Both the position numbers and the translations under genes were made by a program. The notes beneath the pieces are model-generated. The model saw only the letters and a list, made by a program, of their open reading frames with translations, was not told the origin of the DNA and made no database searches. DNA of 64,000 nt from an uncultured Balneola sp. GTDB taxonomy: Bacteria; Bacteroidota; Rhodothermia; Balneolales; Balneolaceae. Of this stretch, positions 46,521 to 57,840 are shown piece by piece (positions within the stretch are counted from its first letter, which is position 1; each line of letters opens with the position of its first letter). The DNA lies in assembly GCA_913058495.1 (NCBI GenBank), contig CAJXQC010000001.1, positions 60,779-124,778 of the forward strand. Reading direction: 5' to 3'.

Positions 46521-47096
46521 TTAATCCAGCCCGTTTAAAAAGGAATTCCAGTCACGGGTATTTAAGTAACCCGTCAGTTTTTTACCCGGACAGAGTGTTT
46601 CCGCATAATCTTTATGAGTCTGTATCTTTTCGGCAGCAACTGATTCCTGCTTTGCTAAATATGCAGTCACGGTTTTAAGAGATTCAATTTGTTCGGCTTT
46701 CACTTCCTGCTCTTCAAAATTCCCGAGTAACACAACAAGTGCATGTCCGGTAGGGTCGTATGTGGTATTGGTATCGCCCCGATAATTCAGTGGTCTGCCT
46801 TCATAAACTTTACCGTCACGGGCAATTACGTAATGATAGGGAATGTCATTCCATTTTCGGTCAGAGCGGCTCCATTTTTGTAAATTCTGTAAATAAGTAA
46901 CTGTGTTTTTATCGTCCGGAAAGATCTCCCCGCCATGATGGATAGTGATATAAGATATTTCATGTTCCAGACTTGAATCAACAGAATCAGTTCCACCCCA
47001 GTCTTCCTGAGTGATCAACCAGTTTTGGGCAAATTGGTTTTGGCTGAATAGGAATAAAAGTAGCAGACTTAGAAAAAATTTCATGGGTGACCACAA
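46521..47096 (-). CDS. N-acetylmuramoyl-L-alanine amidase (PGRP-like)
   Basis: ITIHH, DIPYHYVIARDGKVYEGR, THKD...CPG. Confidence 0.88.
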   Translation of the reverse strand: MWSPMKFFLSLLLLFLFSQNQFAQNWLITQEDWGGTDSVDSSLEHEISYITIHHGGEIFPDDKNTVTYLQNLQKWSRSDRKWNDIPYHYVIARDGKVYEGRPLNYRGDTNTTYDPTGHALVVLLGNFEEQEVKAEQIESLKTVTAYLAKQESVAAEKIQTHKDYAETLCPGKKLTGYLNTRDWNSFLNGLD

Positions 47097-47170
47097 GTTT
47101 TGTTAGGGGTTTTCTTCTAATGAAGTGTACAAGGTACAAAAATAAATAATCATCAAAACAGGAGACAGTC

Positions 47171-47665
47171 ATGAGAAGAATTATAACAACCGCATTTCTT
47201 TTGTTGCTAATAGGAACACTATCCGTTCAGGCACAGAGAAGTGATCAGCAAGAAAAACGCAAAGAACTAAAAGAGCGCATCGAAAAAAGAGGCGGACAAA
47301 AAGGACAAATGCGAAGAGGGCAGGAACCTATGTTGGCAAAATTAGATCTGAACGAAGATCAAAAAGAGCAAATAAAAGGGATCATGCTGGAAGGAAAGCA
47401 AGAAAGTCTTCCTTTAGAAAATCAATTGAGAGAGAAAAGAGCAAGATTACGAACTCTTTCATCCGGTGATACTTATGATGTTTCTGCACTCAATAAAGTA
47501 GCTGATGAAATGGGTGATCTTCAGGTTAGTATCCAAAAAATTCATATTGCAAAGAAAGGAGAGATCAGAGCATTGTTGAATGACGAGCAAAAAATTAAGT
47601 TCGATACAATGCCGGAAAGAACACAGAAAATGAAGCGACAGGCTTTGGTAAGAAAGCGCCGTTAA
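47171..47665 (+). CDS. Spy/CpxP family periplasmic protein
   Basis: Signal peptide; LNEDQKEQI and LLNDEQKIKF (LTxxQ-like) repeats. Confidence 0.85.
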   Translation: MRRIITTAFLLLLIGTLSVQAQRSDQQEKRKELKERIEKRGGQKGQMRRGQEPMLAKLDLNEDQKEQIKGIMLEGKQESLPLENQLREKRARLRTLSSGDTYDVSALNKVADEMGDLQVSIQKIHIAKKGEIRALLNDEQKIKFDTMPERTQKMKRQALVRKRR

Positions 47666-47698
47666 TTTGACAGGATTAATGGCAGCTGGTAAGAGAGA

Positions 47699-47731
47699 GA
47701 AGCCATTCTTCGAAAGAAGAATGGCTTTTTT
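47699..47731. terminator. Intrinsic terminator between convergent genes
   Basis: AAGCCATTCTT-cgaaag-AAGAATGGCTT followed by a T run. Confidence 0.8.
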
Positions 47732-47738
47732 ATTTGAG

Positions 47739-48833
47739 CTATGTAATATTTTTACTGATCTGTATAATATCGGAAAGAACACCTGCAGCAGTAACTTCTT
47801 TTCCGGCCCCGGGCCCCTGAATTGCAATGGGAGAATCGGCATAGCGTTCTGAATAGATCTGGATCAGATTATCCGTTTTTCGCAGCCCTCCTAAAGGTGA
47901 ATCCGTTGGGACTTCCTTAATCCCGATCTCGATTCCTTCGGGAGTGAATTCCCCCGTGTATCGAAGACGTTTATTGTTCAATAATGCCTGCGAGTTTCTG
48001 TTTTTCCAATGTTCATCATAAAAAGAGAGATGATCTAAAAAACCATTAATCTGATAATCTATGAGTTCTTTTGGGACCAATGATTCTACTTTAATCTGAT
48101 CTCTTTCATATCTATATCCACAGGTTCTGCCCAGGATTAAAAACTTACGGGCTACATCTTCTCCGGAGAGATCATCTCGTGGATCGGGTTCTGAATAACC
48201 TTCTTTTTTCGCCGCTTTTATAATCTCACTAAAAGGAATTCCTTGTTGAAGTTGATTAAAAATGTAGGTCATAGTACCGGAAACAACGCCGGTTATTTTT
48301 GTTATGGAGTCGCCCGATTCAATCAAATTATTGATGGTGTTGATGACCGGAAGACCTGCGCCCACAGCAGTTTCATATCTGTATTGAGCCTTTCCCGGCT
48401 TTTGAAAAACTTTAAGATCCTCAAAATAACTCTGTTCAAACGTGTTGGCTCTTTTACTGGGCGTTGTAACATGGATTCCCTGAGTGAGAAGCCTCAGATA
48501 CTGACGAGCTACAACCTCACTCCCGGTTGCATCTATGAATATGAGTTCTTTCGGATAGTGAAAGAGTTTATTTGTAATATTTTCCCAATTGGTTTCTTCT
48601 TCAGAAGAATTAAGTTCTTCAAGAAGTGAATCCGGATCAGGATTCCAAATCACATTCCTGCTGTTGCAAACCCCAATAATTTTGATCTTAAACTGAGTAT
48701 TATTCAGAGCTTTGATTTGTTGAATTAGAGTGCTGCCAATTGCTCCATTCCCGGCAATAAAAACAGGAATAATTTTTTTACTCTTATAAATGGATATGTT
48801 TTTTCCGGTTATTGAATTAAGTGTGATGCTCAT
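47739..48833 (-). CDS. Homoserine dehydrogenase (stand-alone)
   Basis: GNGAIG NAD motif, YETAVGAGLP, EPDPRDDLSGEDVARK, GPGAG. Confidence 0.92.
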   Translation of the reverse strand: MSITLNSITGKNISIYKSKKIIPVFIAGNGAIGSTLIQQIKALNNTQFKIKIIGVCNSRNVIWNPDPDSLLEELNSSEEETNWENITNKLFHYPKELIFIDATGSEVVARQYLRLLTQGIHVTTPSKRANTFEQSYFEDLKVFQKPGKAQYRYETAVGAGLPVINTINNLIESGDSITKITGVVSGTMTYIFNQLQQGIPFSEIIKAAKKEGYSEPDPRDDLSGEDVARKFLILGRTCGYRYERDQIKVESLVPKELIDYQINGFLDHLSFYDEHWKNRNSQALLNNKRLRYTGEFTPEGIEIGIKEVPTDSPLGGLRKTDNLIQIYSERYADSPIAIQGPGAGKEVTAAGVLSDIIQISKNIT

Positions 48834-49872
48834 AGGGGTAATAAATAGAATGATAAAATGATGTCAGATGTTTATTGATCTGGTCGAATTCGATCAAAAA
48901 GGCATCATGACCGTAATCGGACTGGATTTCTTTGAACTCTGAATTTGGAATTAATTCGGTAAGTTCTTGTTGCTCAGCAATGGGATAGAGAATGTCTGAA
49001 TCAATACCAAGGATCAAACAAGGTATTGTCAGCGAACCTAAGACTTCAATAAAAGAGCCGCGGCTTCTGGATACATCATGGGTATCCATAGCTTTTGTCA
49101 ATGTGACGTACGAATTGGCATCAAAACGGCTACTGAGCTTTTCTCCCTGATAATCTAAATAAGATTCCACCTCAAACTGATCTTTGGTACTGTTGAAGTC
49201 TCTTCGGAACTTGTGTTCATAATTATGAGGTGAACGGTAAGTGATCATTGCAAGTGCTCTGGCAGCAGATAAACCTTTCTGTGGAGGGATTTTGGGATCA
49301 TAAAATCCATCCTGCCAATGTTCATCAGCACAAATAGCTTTTCTTTGTGCATGACTGATTCCTATTGCCCAGGGAGTATGAGATTTCCCCATAGCAAATA
49401 ATGCTAAAGATTGGATTCTAGAATCCATCAGCCCAAATTCTAAAGCAACCATGCCGCCCATTGATCCGCCAATTGCCAATTCAATGCCTTTAATGCCAAG
49501 ATGATCAAGCAGTAATTGTTGATGTTTCACAATATCCCGAATGGTAATTTTCGGAAAATCTGCCTGATAGGGTTTGTCGGTTAATGGTGAAACAGAAGTG
49601 GGTCCGGTTGATCCGTAACAACTGCCCAGATTGTTAATACATAAAACAAAATGTCTGTCAAGATCAATAAACCCGCCAGACTCAAATAGTCCGTAAAACC
49701 AATCTTTGGCATTAGAACTTCCGGTCAATGCATGACAAATCAGAATCACATTGTCCTTTTTTTCGTTGAGTGTTCCCCAACTATTCCAGGCAATGTCCAA
49801 TGCAGGAAATTCAAACCCGGATTCAGTAGTCCGGGCTTGATTTATTGTTGTGATATTTGGTTTGTTGCTCAT
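48817..49872 (-). CDS. metX: Homoserine O-acyltransferase
   Basis: HALTG, GGSMGG nucleophile elbow, GHDAFL; start placed at MSNKP. Confidence 0.92.
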   Translation of the reverse strand: MSNKPNITTINQARTTESGFEFPALDIAWNSWGTLNEKKDNVILICHALTGSSNAKDWFYGLFESGGFIDLDRHFVLCINNLGSCYGSTGPTSVSPLTDKPYQADFPKITIRDIVKHQQLLLDHLGIKGIELAIGGSMGGMVALEFGLMDSRIQSLALFAMGKSHTPWAIGISHAQRKAICADEHWQDGFYDPKIPPQKGLSAARALAMITYRSPHNYEHKFRRDFNSTKDQFEVESYLDYQGEKLSSRFDANSYVTLTKAMDTHDVSRSRGSFIEVLGSLTIPCLILGIDSDILYPIAEQQELTELIPNSEFKEIQSDYGHDAFLIEFDQINKHLTSFYHSIYYPYEHHT

Positions 49873-49894
49873 AAAAACTCCTTGTCGAAATACA

Positions 49895-51229
<1,335 letters not shown>

Positions 51230-51240
51230 TTATAATTAAT

Positions 51241-51278
51241 AAAAAAGCCCCTTTCGGGGATGAGTCCGAAAGAGGCTT
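51241..51278 (-). terminator. Terminator of the SAM riboswitch expression platform
   Basis: AAGCCTCTTTCGG...CCGAAAGGGGCTT stem followed by a T run on the minus strand. Confidence 0.8.
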
Positions 51279-51302
51279 ACAAATACAGTAGAGCTCTTCG
51301 CA

Positions 51303-51423
51303 CTCATCTTTCTCAGTACAATATTTGCACTAAGCAGGATGTAGCACCTTTTCCTGTACAAATTTGTACAGGACGGTTGCCAAGGCTTCGCAGGACCTGA
51401 TCCCTCCACCTTTCTCGATGAGA
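51303..51423 (-). ncRNA. SAM-I (S-box) riboswitch
   Basis: Minus strand CTCATCGAGAAAGGTGGAGGGA...CCTGCGAAGCCTTGGCAACC...AAGGTGCT...GAAAGATGAG. Confidence 0.92.
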
Positions 51424-51467
51424 ATGCATGATGTTAAAGAACGAATGAAACTAACAGCCAATAAAAA

Positions 51468-51500
51468 AGTCCTTCAGATCATACACTCTAAAGGACTTTG
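51468..51500 (-). terminator. Attenuator terminator upstream of the riboswitch
   Basis: Minus strand AAAGTCCTT...AAGGACTTT followed by further T residues. Confidence 0.75.
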
Positions 51501-51528
51501 AAAATTTCTTTTCTAAAATATAAAAGCC

Positions 51529-51600
51529 CTAGTGAGGTGTTTGCATATAGCAACACATACACATCATTTCCCGGGCGATATATTGGTTTGTTAATTTCAT
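51529..51600 (-). CDS. Met/Cys-rich leader peptide MKLTNQYIAREMMCMCCYMQTPH
   Basis: Manual translation of 72 nt; control tract MMCMCCYM just before the stop, followed by antiterminator/terminator-compatible sequence. Confidence 0.7.
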   Translation of the reverse strand: MKLTNQYIAREMMCMCCYMQTPH

Positions 51601-51900
51601 TGCTTCAAGATTACGAGTTAGATTTTTAGAATGCAAGGATTAATATTAGCCGGTAATCGTTGAATTATTTATCGGGGATATCTGAGGTTTAGTATTAAGG
51701 CGGGGCTAATATGTTTTCATTTTCATTTACTCGTCACAGACTTTAATATTATGATTCAATGGTACTTAGGAAGCTATAAATTTTCAAAAATATTATATGT
51801 TTTTACATGGCTCGCAAGTGTTTATAGATAATTCCGTCTTGACACTTTCCCTTTTTATTCTATTTTGTATGCGGGTTTATGGGTTGAGAAAAGAACGAAT

Positions 51901-52605
51901 ATGGGGTACAGAACAGAAACTGAAATTCTGAAGACGCAGGTTCAAAGCTTATATATTTTAGACAAGCTTTTCCGGAAAAACTTTGATTCACTTCAGGAGT
52001 TAGTGGATCTGATGCCGGGTATATTCCATGTAAACGATAAAAGTGATCTCACTATCGGTCATTTAAATAAAGCGGGAGAAGAGTGGGGGCTGCTCTCAAA
52101 AGAAGAGATCAATGACATGGGCTTCGAGTATTTTGAAAAGAATATACATCCCGACAGCCTGAAGTATGTAGCGCCTCGATTCCTTGAATTTTATGAGAAA
52201 GCCGATGATGATCAGCTTCATGCAGAATTCCAGAAAATTCGCAATCCCAGAACCGGGGAGTTCGACACTTTCTTTACCGTTTGTAAGCCCTTCAAAGAAC
52301 ATAATTTATTACTCACTTCCTCAAACCCGATTTCAGGAATAGATTCGGTAACTCGGAGAATAGAACGTATAGCCGGTGAGGAGATGTATGTGAGAAAACA
52401 TTTTGATGAATTCCGATCGCTTACCAGAAGAGAAAGGCAGGTTTTAACCAGGATAGCGCAGGGATTTAGTAATAAAGATATTTCGGGACAACTGTATATA
52501 ACTTTGGAGACGGTGAAAAGTCATCGAAAAAACATTAAGAAAAAAACGGGGATACCGACAACGGCAGGATTGGTTCAATTTGCAATAGCGTTCGAGCTGA
52601 TCTGA
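51901..52605 (+). CDS. LuxR-family HTH regulator with PAS-like N-terminal domain
   Basis: LTRRERQVL...GFSNKDIS...TVKSHRKNIKKK. Confidence 0.9.
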   Translation: MGYRTETEILKTQVQSLYILDKLFRKNFDSLQELVDLMPGIFHVNDKSDLTIGHLNKAGEEWGLLSKEEINDMGFEYFEKNIHPDSLKYVAPRFLEFYEKADDDQLHAEFQKIRNPRTGEFDTFFTVCKPFKEHNLLLTSSNPISGIDSVTRRIERIAGEEMYVRKHFDEFRSLTRRERQVLTRIAQGFSNKDISGQLYITLETVKSHRKNIKKKTGIPTTAGLVQFAIAFELI

Positions 52606-52672
52606 AAAATCACCAGAAGTGGGGATTTACAGCACCGATGGAATCGAATATTTTAACAAACAAAAAGACATC

Positions 52673-53716
52673 ATGAAAAAAGCTCTCTTTATACTCATCG
52701 CTGTATTAGCAACTCAAACTACAACTGCACAGAATATACTGATAGTTGATAGATCATTGTCAAATACGTTGGGCGATAACTACTATACAGATCTTCAGGC
52801 TGCAATAGATGCAGCTGTTTCCGATGATATAATTTATTTGATGCCCAACACAAATACTTATGGAAATATCAAGATCAATAATCAATTTAATCTTACGATA
52901 ATTGGTGCCGGTTATAATGCGGCAGCGGCTTCGTTAGACAGACCTTACCATAGTAGAATCCTGAACCTGGAGATGAGAAACTCTCATAATATAACTCTTA
53001 AGGGATTGTACATAAATGGAAGTGGGGGATTTGAAATAGGAAATGCATTAGATAGTGAATCCACTAACATATTAATTGATGAGACTTTTATTGCTCGAAT
53101 GGATATTGATAGAGCAAATAATGTTACCATATCCAATAGTTTTATTTATACTAGTTTTAGTACCTCACAATCTTCCGGCTTCTCTGAAAATATATCAGTT
53201 CTGAATAGTGTGATTCGTGTTTCAACGTTTCAATCTGTACATAATACTTCATTTGAAAACTGTTTAATCACAGGAGCAACTTTGGGTAGTAGTGTTGACG
53301 ACTCAATTTTTAAGAACAACATCTTCGCGAACAATTCTACAACTAGTGAAGGACCAATCTGGGCCAACAATAACAATACTTTTATTAATAATTTCACAAC
53401 CACTCCAATTTCATACGATGGCGGTAATAATACAGGCTCTGGAAATATTGGAATAATTATGGGTTTGGATGGTATTTTTGCTGATGACAGTGTACGCGCA
53501 GATGTTAATTGGAGTTCTGATTGGCTATTAACACCAGAGCATGAACTGATAATAAACGGTGGGAGTGATGGCACAGATATTGGGCCAACCGGGGGTGCAA
53601 ATCCTATGGATGGCTCACCTATTTTTTCTCTGCCAACGATATATGAATTAAGAATTCCTACTGAAATTAAAGCCGGTGAGGACATTGAAGTGACCATCAA
53701 AGCAAAAGGGAATTAA
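52673..53716 (+). CDS. Secreted parallel beta-helix-like protein
   Basis: Signal peptide, YTDLQAAIDAAVSDDIIY start, Asn/Ile-rich repeats, DGTDIGPTGG. Confidence 0.65.
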   Translation: MKKALFILIAVLATQTTTAQNILIVDRSLSNTLGDNYYTDLQAAIDAAVSDDIIYLMPNTNTYGNIKINNQFNLTIIGAGYNAAAASLDRPYHSRILNLEMRNSHNITLKGLYINGSGGFEIGNALDSESTNILIDETFIARMDIDRANNVTISNSFIYTSFSTSQSSGFSENISVLNSVIRVSTFQSVHNTSFENCLITGATLGSSVDDSIFKNNIFANNSTTSEGPIWANNNNTFINNFTTTPISYDGGNNTGSGNIGIIMGLDGIFADDSVRADVNWSSDWLLTPEHELIINGGSDGTDIGPTGGANPMDGSPIFSLPTIYELRIPTEIKAGEDIEVTIKAKGN

Positions 53717-53719
53717 GTC

Positions 53720-55135
53720 GTGAAGTTCCTTGCAAACGTATTGCTGGTGATGCTTTTAGCATCACCCTTAATGGGACAGACGGTAACTCAATTGGAATAC
53801 TTTTTCGATTCTGATCCGGGTTTTGGAAACGGTATTTCTATTTCCGTAACCGAAGTAGATGGTAAAGTAAATTACGAAGGTTCCATTATGGCTTCTTCAC
53901 TTTCCAGAGGATTACACACACTTTTTATCCGTGCAAAAAACAGTGACGACGAGTGGGGATTAACCATCAAAAAACTCATTTTGGTGGATCAGGGAGAAGC
54001 GAGAGAAATAGAAGCCTTGGAATATTTCTTTGATGAAGATCCGGGTCATGGAAACGGAACGAGCATTTCAATTACTGCATCTGCGAAAATCGATAAAGAA
54101 GCAATGCTTAGTACTGAGGGGTTATCAGTAGGTTTGCATACAATTTTCATAAGGGCAAAGTTTACAGATGGAAGCTGGGGCATGCCTATCAAAAAACTGA
54201 TCCTGATCGACCAAAGTGATCCTGTTTTAGTTAGTAATATTATATCTGCAGAATATTTCTTTAATACCGATCCCGGTTTTGCCACTGCCACTCCTATTTC
54301 TGTTAATGCAGCAGCCGATATTGAAACCACGTTTACAATCCCATCAACAAACCTGCCGATCGGAGATCAGATCTTGTTTGTGAGAGTTATGAATGCAGAT
54401 AGTGTATGGGGAATGTACTCTTCTGAAGTTTTTAGTTTATCAGAAGTGGCCAGTTTATCTTTTGAATCATCGGATACATTAGAATACTTTCAGGACAGTC
54501 CGGAATTGCTAATAGCCGGTGATCTTGGTATTTCCTCAAGCACTGATATTTCTGCTGACAGTGCTATCATAAAAATAACGAATGGTTTTCTGGAAGAAGA
54601 TTCATTATTCATAGACGATCCGGGTTCTTTCGATATTGATTCTGTAGAAAGTGGAATAAAAATATCAGGAAACGCTTCTCTGGAAGATTATCAGGATGCA
54701 ATAAGGACAGCGTATTATATCAATAATAATGAAGTTTCAGAGAAAGCTGACACCTTAAAGGAATTCTCTATAACCGTGTATTCCGGAGCTTTCGCATCAG
54801 AAGCAGTTGTGAGATATGTAGAGGTGTTAGATCAGATCATGACATCTAATGAGAACGAATTGGGTTTGCCTAAAGAATTCAGTTTAAGGCAAAATTATCC
54901 AAATCCATTTAACCCAAGTACGAATATTGAGTTTGCACTACCTGAACAAGCTGAAGTAAGCCTGAAAGTGTATAATCTACTGGGACGTGAAATTTATACT
55001 CTTGTGAGTGAAAAAATGAATGCCGGAAATCATAAAGTTGAATTCAATGCGTCGGGTCTTTCAACGGGACTTTATTTCTACCGAATACAGGCAGGGAGCT
55101 TTATACAAACAAAGAAGATGATGCTGATCAAATAA
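53720..55135 (+). CDS. T9SS-secreted protein with three EYFFDxDPG repeats
   Basis: EYFFDSDPG, EYFFDEDPG, EYFFNTDPG repeats; C-terminal QNYPNPFNPST...TKKMMLIK sorting domain. Confidence 0.85.
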   Translation: MKFLANVLLVMLLASPLMGQTVTQLEYFFDSDPGFGNGISISVTEVDGKVNYEGSIMASSLSRGLHTLFIRAKNSDDEWGLTIKKLILVDQGEAREIEALEYFFDEDPGHGNGTSISITASAKIDKEAMLSTEGLSVGLHTIFIRAKFTDGSWGMPIKKLILIDQSDPVLVSNIISAEYFFNTDPGFATATPISVNAAADIETTFTIPSTNLPIGDQILFVRVMNADSVWGMYSSEVFSLSEVASLSFESSDTLEYFQDSPELLIAGDLGISSSTDISADSAIIKITNGFLEEDSLFIDDPGSFDIDSVESGIKISGNASLEDYQDAIRTAYYINNNEVSEKADTLKEFSITVYSGAFASEAVVRYVEVLDQIMTSNENELGLPKEFSLRQNYPNPFNPSTNIEFALPEQAEVSLKVYNLLGREIYTLVSEKMNAGNHKVEFNASGLSTGLYFYRIQAGSFIQTKKMMLIK

Positions 55136-55252
55136 AGATAAAAATATATAGCTTGTGGAGAGGATTTTTAAATTCTAAAAATTGACATATCTGTAGATGT
55201 TTTATAATTCGTTGACAAAATTTCTTTATACCAACCTCAATATTGTAAGTAG

Positions 55253-55284
55253 GTCATCCCGTCCGCCAGCTGGCGGATCGGGAT
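55253..55284. repeat. REP-like GC-rich palindrome
   Basis: GTCATCCCG-TCCGCCAGCTGGCGGA-TCGGGAT hairpin in intergenic DNA. Confidence 0.5.
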
Positions 55285-55665
55285 TGTAGATGTCAGCTAA
55301 TTCGCTTACAAAAATTGACTTGTTTATAATTCTGACGATTTCAGAAAAGGCTTCTAACTACACCGACCTTTAGAATTATTGGCGAGCAAAGAACGTAATG
55401 AAAGCGACGGCTCCGGAGGAGCAATCATTACACTCTGGCTGATTCGTGAATATGTATCATACGAATGAAGACCTTTTGTAATGATTAGTCGATGTAATGG
55501 AGTTCGCGCCAATAATTCTTGTCGGGAGTTTTTGGTACTTTTGTCGGTACAAAAGTACATAGAGCCGAGTAACTAAATATTAAGAGCGAATTTCTATAAA
55601 ATCATCACTACTAACTGAACAAAGAATCTTAATCAAAAAAATCTTTTATTAAAGGAAACCAAACC

Positions 55666-56358
55666 ATGGAGACCACTATGAAAAAAATAACAGGATTTAT
55701 TTTAGCGGTATTATTAACGACGTCATTTTCTTTTGCTCAAAATGCAGCAGACGGAAGCAAACCTCAGGGAGAAAACCTGAAAGTGCCTGATGGTTGGGAA
55801 TGGAGATTCGATAAAGCCGACGCTGAAGTGAATGTTGGTTCCGATTCAGAATCTGCAGATGTGTTTTTTGTAAATATGACTCCGGGTTGGCATATAACCA
55901 CGGGACCGGCAGGAATCTACTATCACACTGATAACAAAGTAGAGGGAGATTTTACGTTGGATTCCAAGATATATCTTTTCGACACCAAAGGAAGAAACAG
56001 AGAAGCGTTCGGATTATTTATTGGAGGTCAGGATCTTAAGTCGGATGATCAAAGCTACGTCTATTTTCTTTTGAGGAACACAGGAGAATTTTTGATCAAG
56101 AAAAGATCTGGTTCTGAAACTTCCACCATAAAAGGATGGACAAAAACCGACGCAATGACCATGTTTACAGAAGAAACGGAATCTACAGCTGAGAATGATT
56201 TTCAGGTAAAAGTAGCCGGTGATGAAATCATCTTTTCATTAAATGGGGAAGTTTTAAGCAGTATGGAAAAAGGAGATCTGAATACGGATGGACATTATGG
56301 ATTCAGAGTGAATCACAGTATAAATCTTCATATTTCCAGTTTGAAATTGTCTGAGTAA
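55666..56358 (+). CDS. Exported ConA/DUF1080-like beta-sandwich protein
   Basis: Signal peptide; FGLFIGG...YVYFLLR...GHYGFRVNH pattern. Confidence 0.55.
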   Translation: METTMKKITGFILAVLLTTSFSFAQNAADGSKPQGENLKVPDGWEWRFDKADAEVNVGSDSESADVFFVNMTPGWHITTGPAGIYYHTDNKVEGDFTLDSKIYLFDTKGRNREAFGLFIGGQDLKSDDQSYVYFLLRNTGEFLIKKRSGSETSTIKGWTKTDAMTMFTEETESTAENDFQVKVAGDEIIFSLNGEVLSSMEKGDLNTDGHYGFRVNHSINLHISSLKLSE

Positions 56359-56409
56359 TTACAATTTTTTTGAACGGAACACGTAGATCAAAAGAGTCGA
56401 ATCAAAAAA

Positions 56410-56889
56410 ATGAGAAACTATAGCCTTTTTGTACTCCTTATTCCGCTGATCTCGTGTTCATTATTTACAAATGAAAACGACGGCTATGAAGTGGCTCTGG
56501 CGAAGTGGGAAGAATCAAAATTAGTCGATTACGAATACAGATATGGTCTGGGGTGCTTTTGTCCGCAGGTCACGCCTGCGGTTTTAGTAATAAATGCAGA
56601 CACGGTTTATCAGGTTCTGGATCCTTTCGAAAGGGATTCTGTGATTGTTCAAACAGGCGAAAACACATATGAATATGCTGGAGAAGTTTATAAAGACTTT
56701 TTCAAAACCATCGATGAACTATTTGAAGTTATAAAAGACGCCAGAGGTGCTGATAAATTGAAGGTAGAGTATGATGAGGAGAATGGATTCCCCACCAGAA
56801 TCGAGATAGATTATGATAAAAACGCTTCAGACGATGAGGTGATTTATACAGTTTCCAACTTTACACCACACAGGATTCTTGCCTACTAA
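56410..56889 (+). CDS. Lipoprotein (DUF6174-like)
   Basis: Lipobox LISC; GCFCP; TIDELF...YDEENGFPTRIEID. Confidence 0.65.
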   Translation: MRNYSLFVLLIPLISCSLFTNENDGYEVALAKWEESKLVDYEYRYGLGCFCPQVTPAVLVINADTVYQVLDPFERDSVIVQTGENTYEYAGEVYKDFFKTIDELFEVIKDARGADKLKVEYDEENGFPTRIEIDYDKNASDDEVIYTVSNFTPHRILAY

Positions 56890-57239
56890 ACGCCCAGTTC
56901 GCTTTTGATAGCATCCAATTTTTCTTGTTCAGCTTTAGAAATGGTACCGTCGCAAGCAGCTATTGCTTCCAGTAAACTATAAGTAAGCTTCTTCCCATCA
57001 TCAGAAAAACTTCTGTTAATATGGTCAACAGCTTCATTAGCCATTTGTTTAACTTCGTCTATTCCCATTGCAGAAATCTGAGACATGGTTTTTTGGAATG
57101 TCTCCATATCATATTTCATGTTGGAAAGAATTCTTTTCACGGCTTCTTGTTCTTCATAAGAAATGCTTCCGTCGGAACTTTCGATCCAGAAAATAAGGGT
57201 ATCAATTGATGTTTCGTCAGTAAGGGCGTAAGTACTCAT
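56886..57239 (-). CDS. TerB-like protein
   Basis: SDGSISYEE and IAACDGTISKAEQEKL; start placed at MSTYAL. Confidence 0.7.
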   Translation of the reverse strand: MSTYALTDETSIDTLIFWIESSDGSISYEEQEAVKRILSNMKYDMETFQKTMSQISAMGIDEVKQMANEAVDHINRSFSDDGKKLTYSLLEAIAACDGTISKAEQEKLDAIKSELGV

Positions 57240-57247
57240 AGTATTAT

Positions 57248-57724
57248 TTAGAATTCGTTTGAAAGTAACGTACAAATTTTTTCAAGAAGTTCCTTTTTCT
57301 CTTTTGAAATGGAATTCTTAGTGTTGGAATCTATATCTATTTGCGCAACAAAGCGATCGCCTTTCATAATTGGAACAACAATTTCAGACTGAACGTGGTT
57401 GCTGCATGAAATATAATTTTCTTCTTCACTAACATCCTGAGACACAAAAGTTTGATGACTGACGGCTACTTGTCCACAAATTCCTTTTCCGTAAGGGATA
57501 GTGGTGTGATCTGTTGGCTCGCCAACAAAAGGTCCTAATTTTAGCTGATCTTCGACATCAGGATCTGCTTTGTAAAAACCAACCCAGTCAAAATGTTCAA
57601 CATTATCCTGGAGAAGTTCACAAATGCTGAAAAGTTTTTCATCCAATGAAATTTCCTTTGAGAGTACATTCTCAACTAAGGGAAGTACCATTTCCTCGAG
57701 TGATATTGATTCTGTTGTTGTCAT
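57248..57724 (-). CDS. GAF domain protein (free methionine-R-sulfoxide reductase-like)
   Basis: FDWVGFY, LGPFVG, GKGICG, SEIVVP, QIDIDS. Confidence 0.85.
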   Translation of the reverse strand: MTTTESISLEEMVLPLVENVLSKEISLDEKLFSICELLQDNVEHFDWVGFYKADPDVEDQLKLGPFVGEPTDHTTIPYGKGICGQVAVSHQTFVSQDVSEEENYISCSNHVQSEIVVPIMKGDRFVAQIDIDSNTKNSISKEKKELLEKICTLLSNEF

Positions 57725-57840
57725 TTAATTTCTGTTGCAAAGAAGATATAAGATTGTGTGTGATAATAAAGTTAAGCTTTGATAAAAGCATTCCCGAAAT
57801 ACTAAAAATTTGATAAAAAGGTGCGTATCTTTGACCGCAT

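Noticed and set aside
55354-55560. 68-aa minus-strand ORF
   Set aside because: Falls within palindromic repeat-like DNA and has no protein-like features
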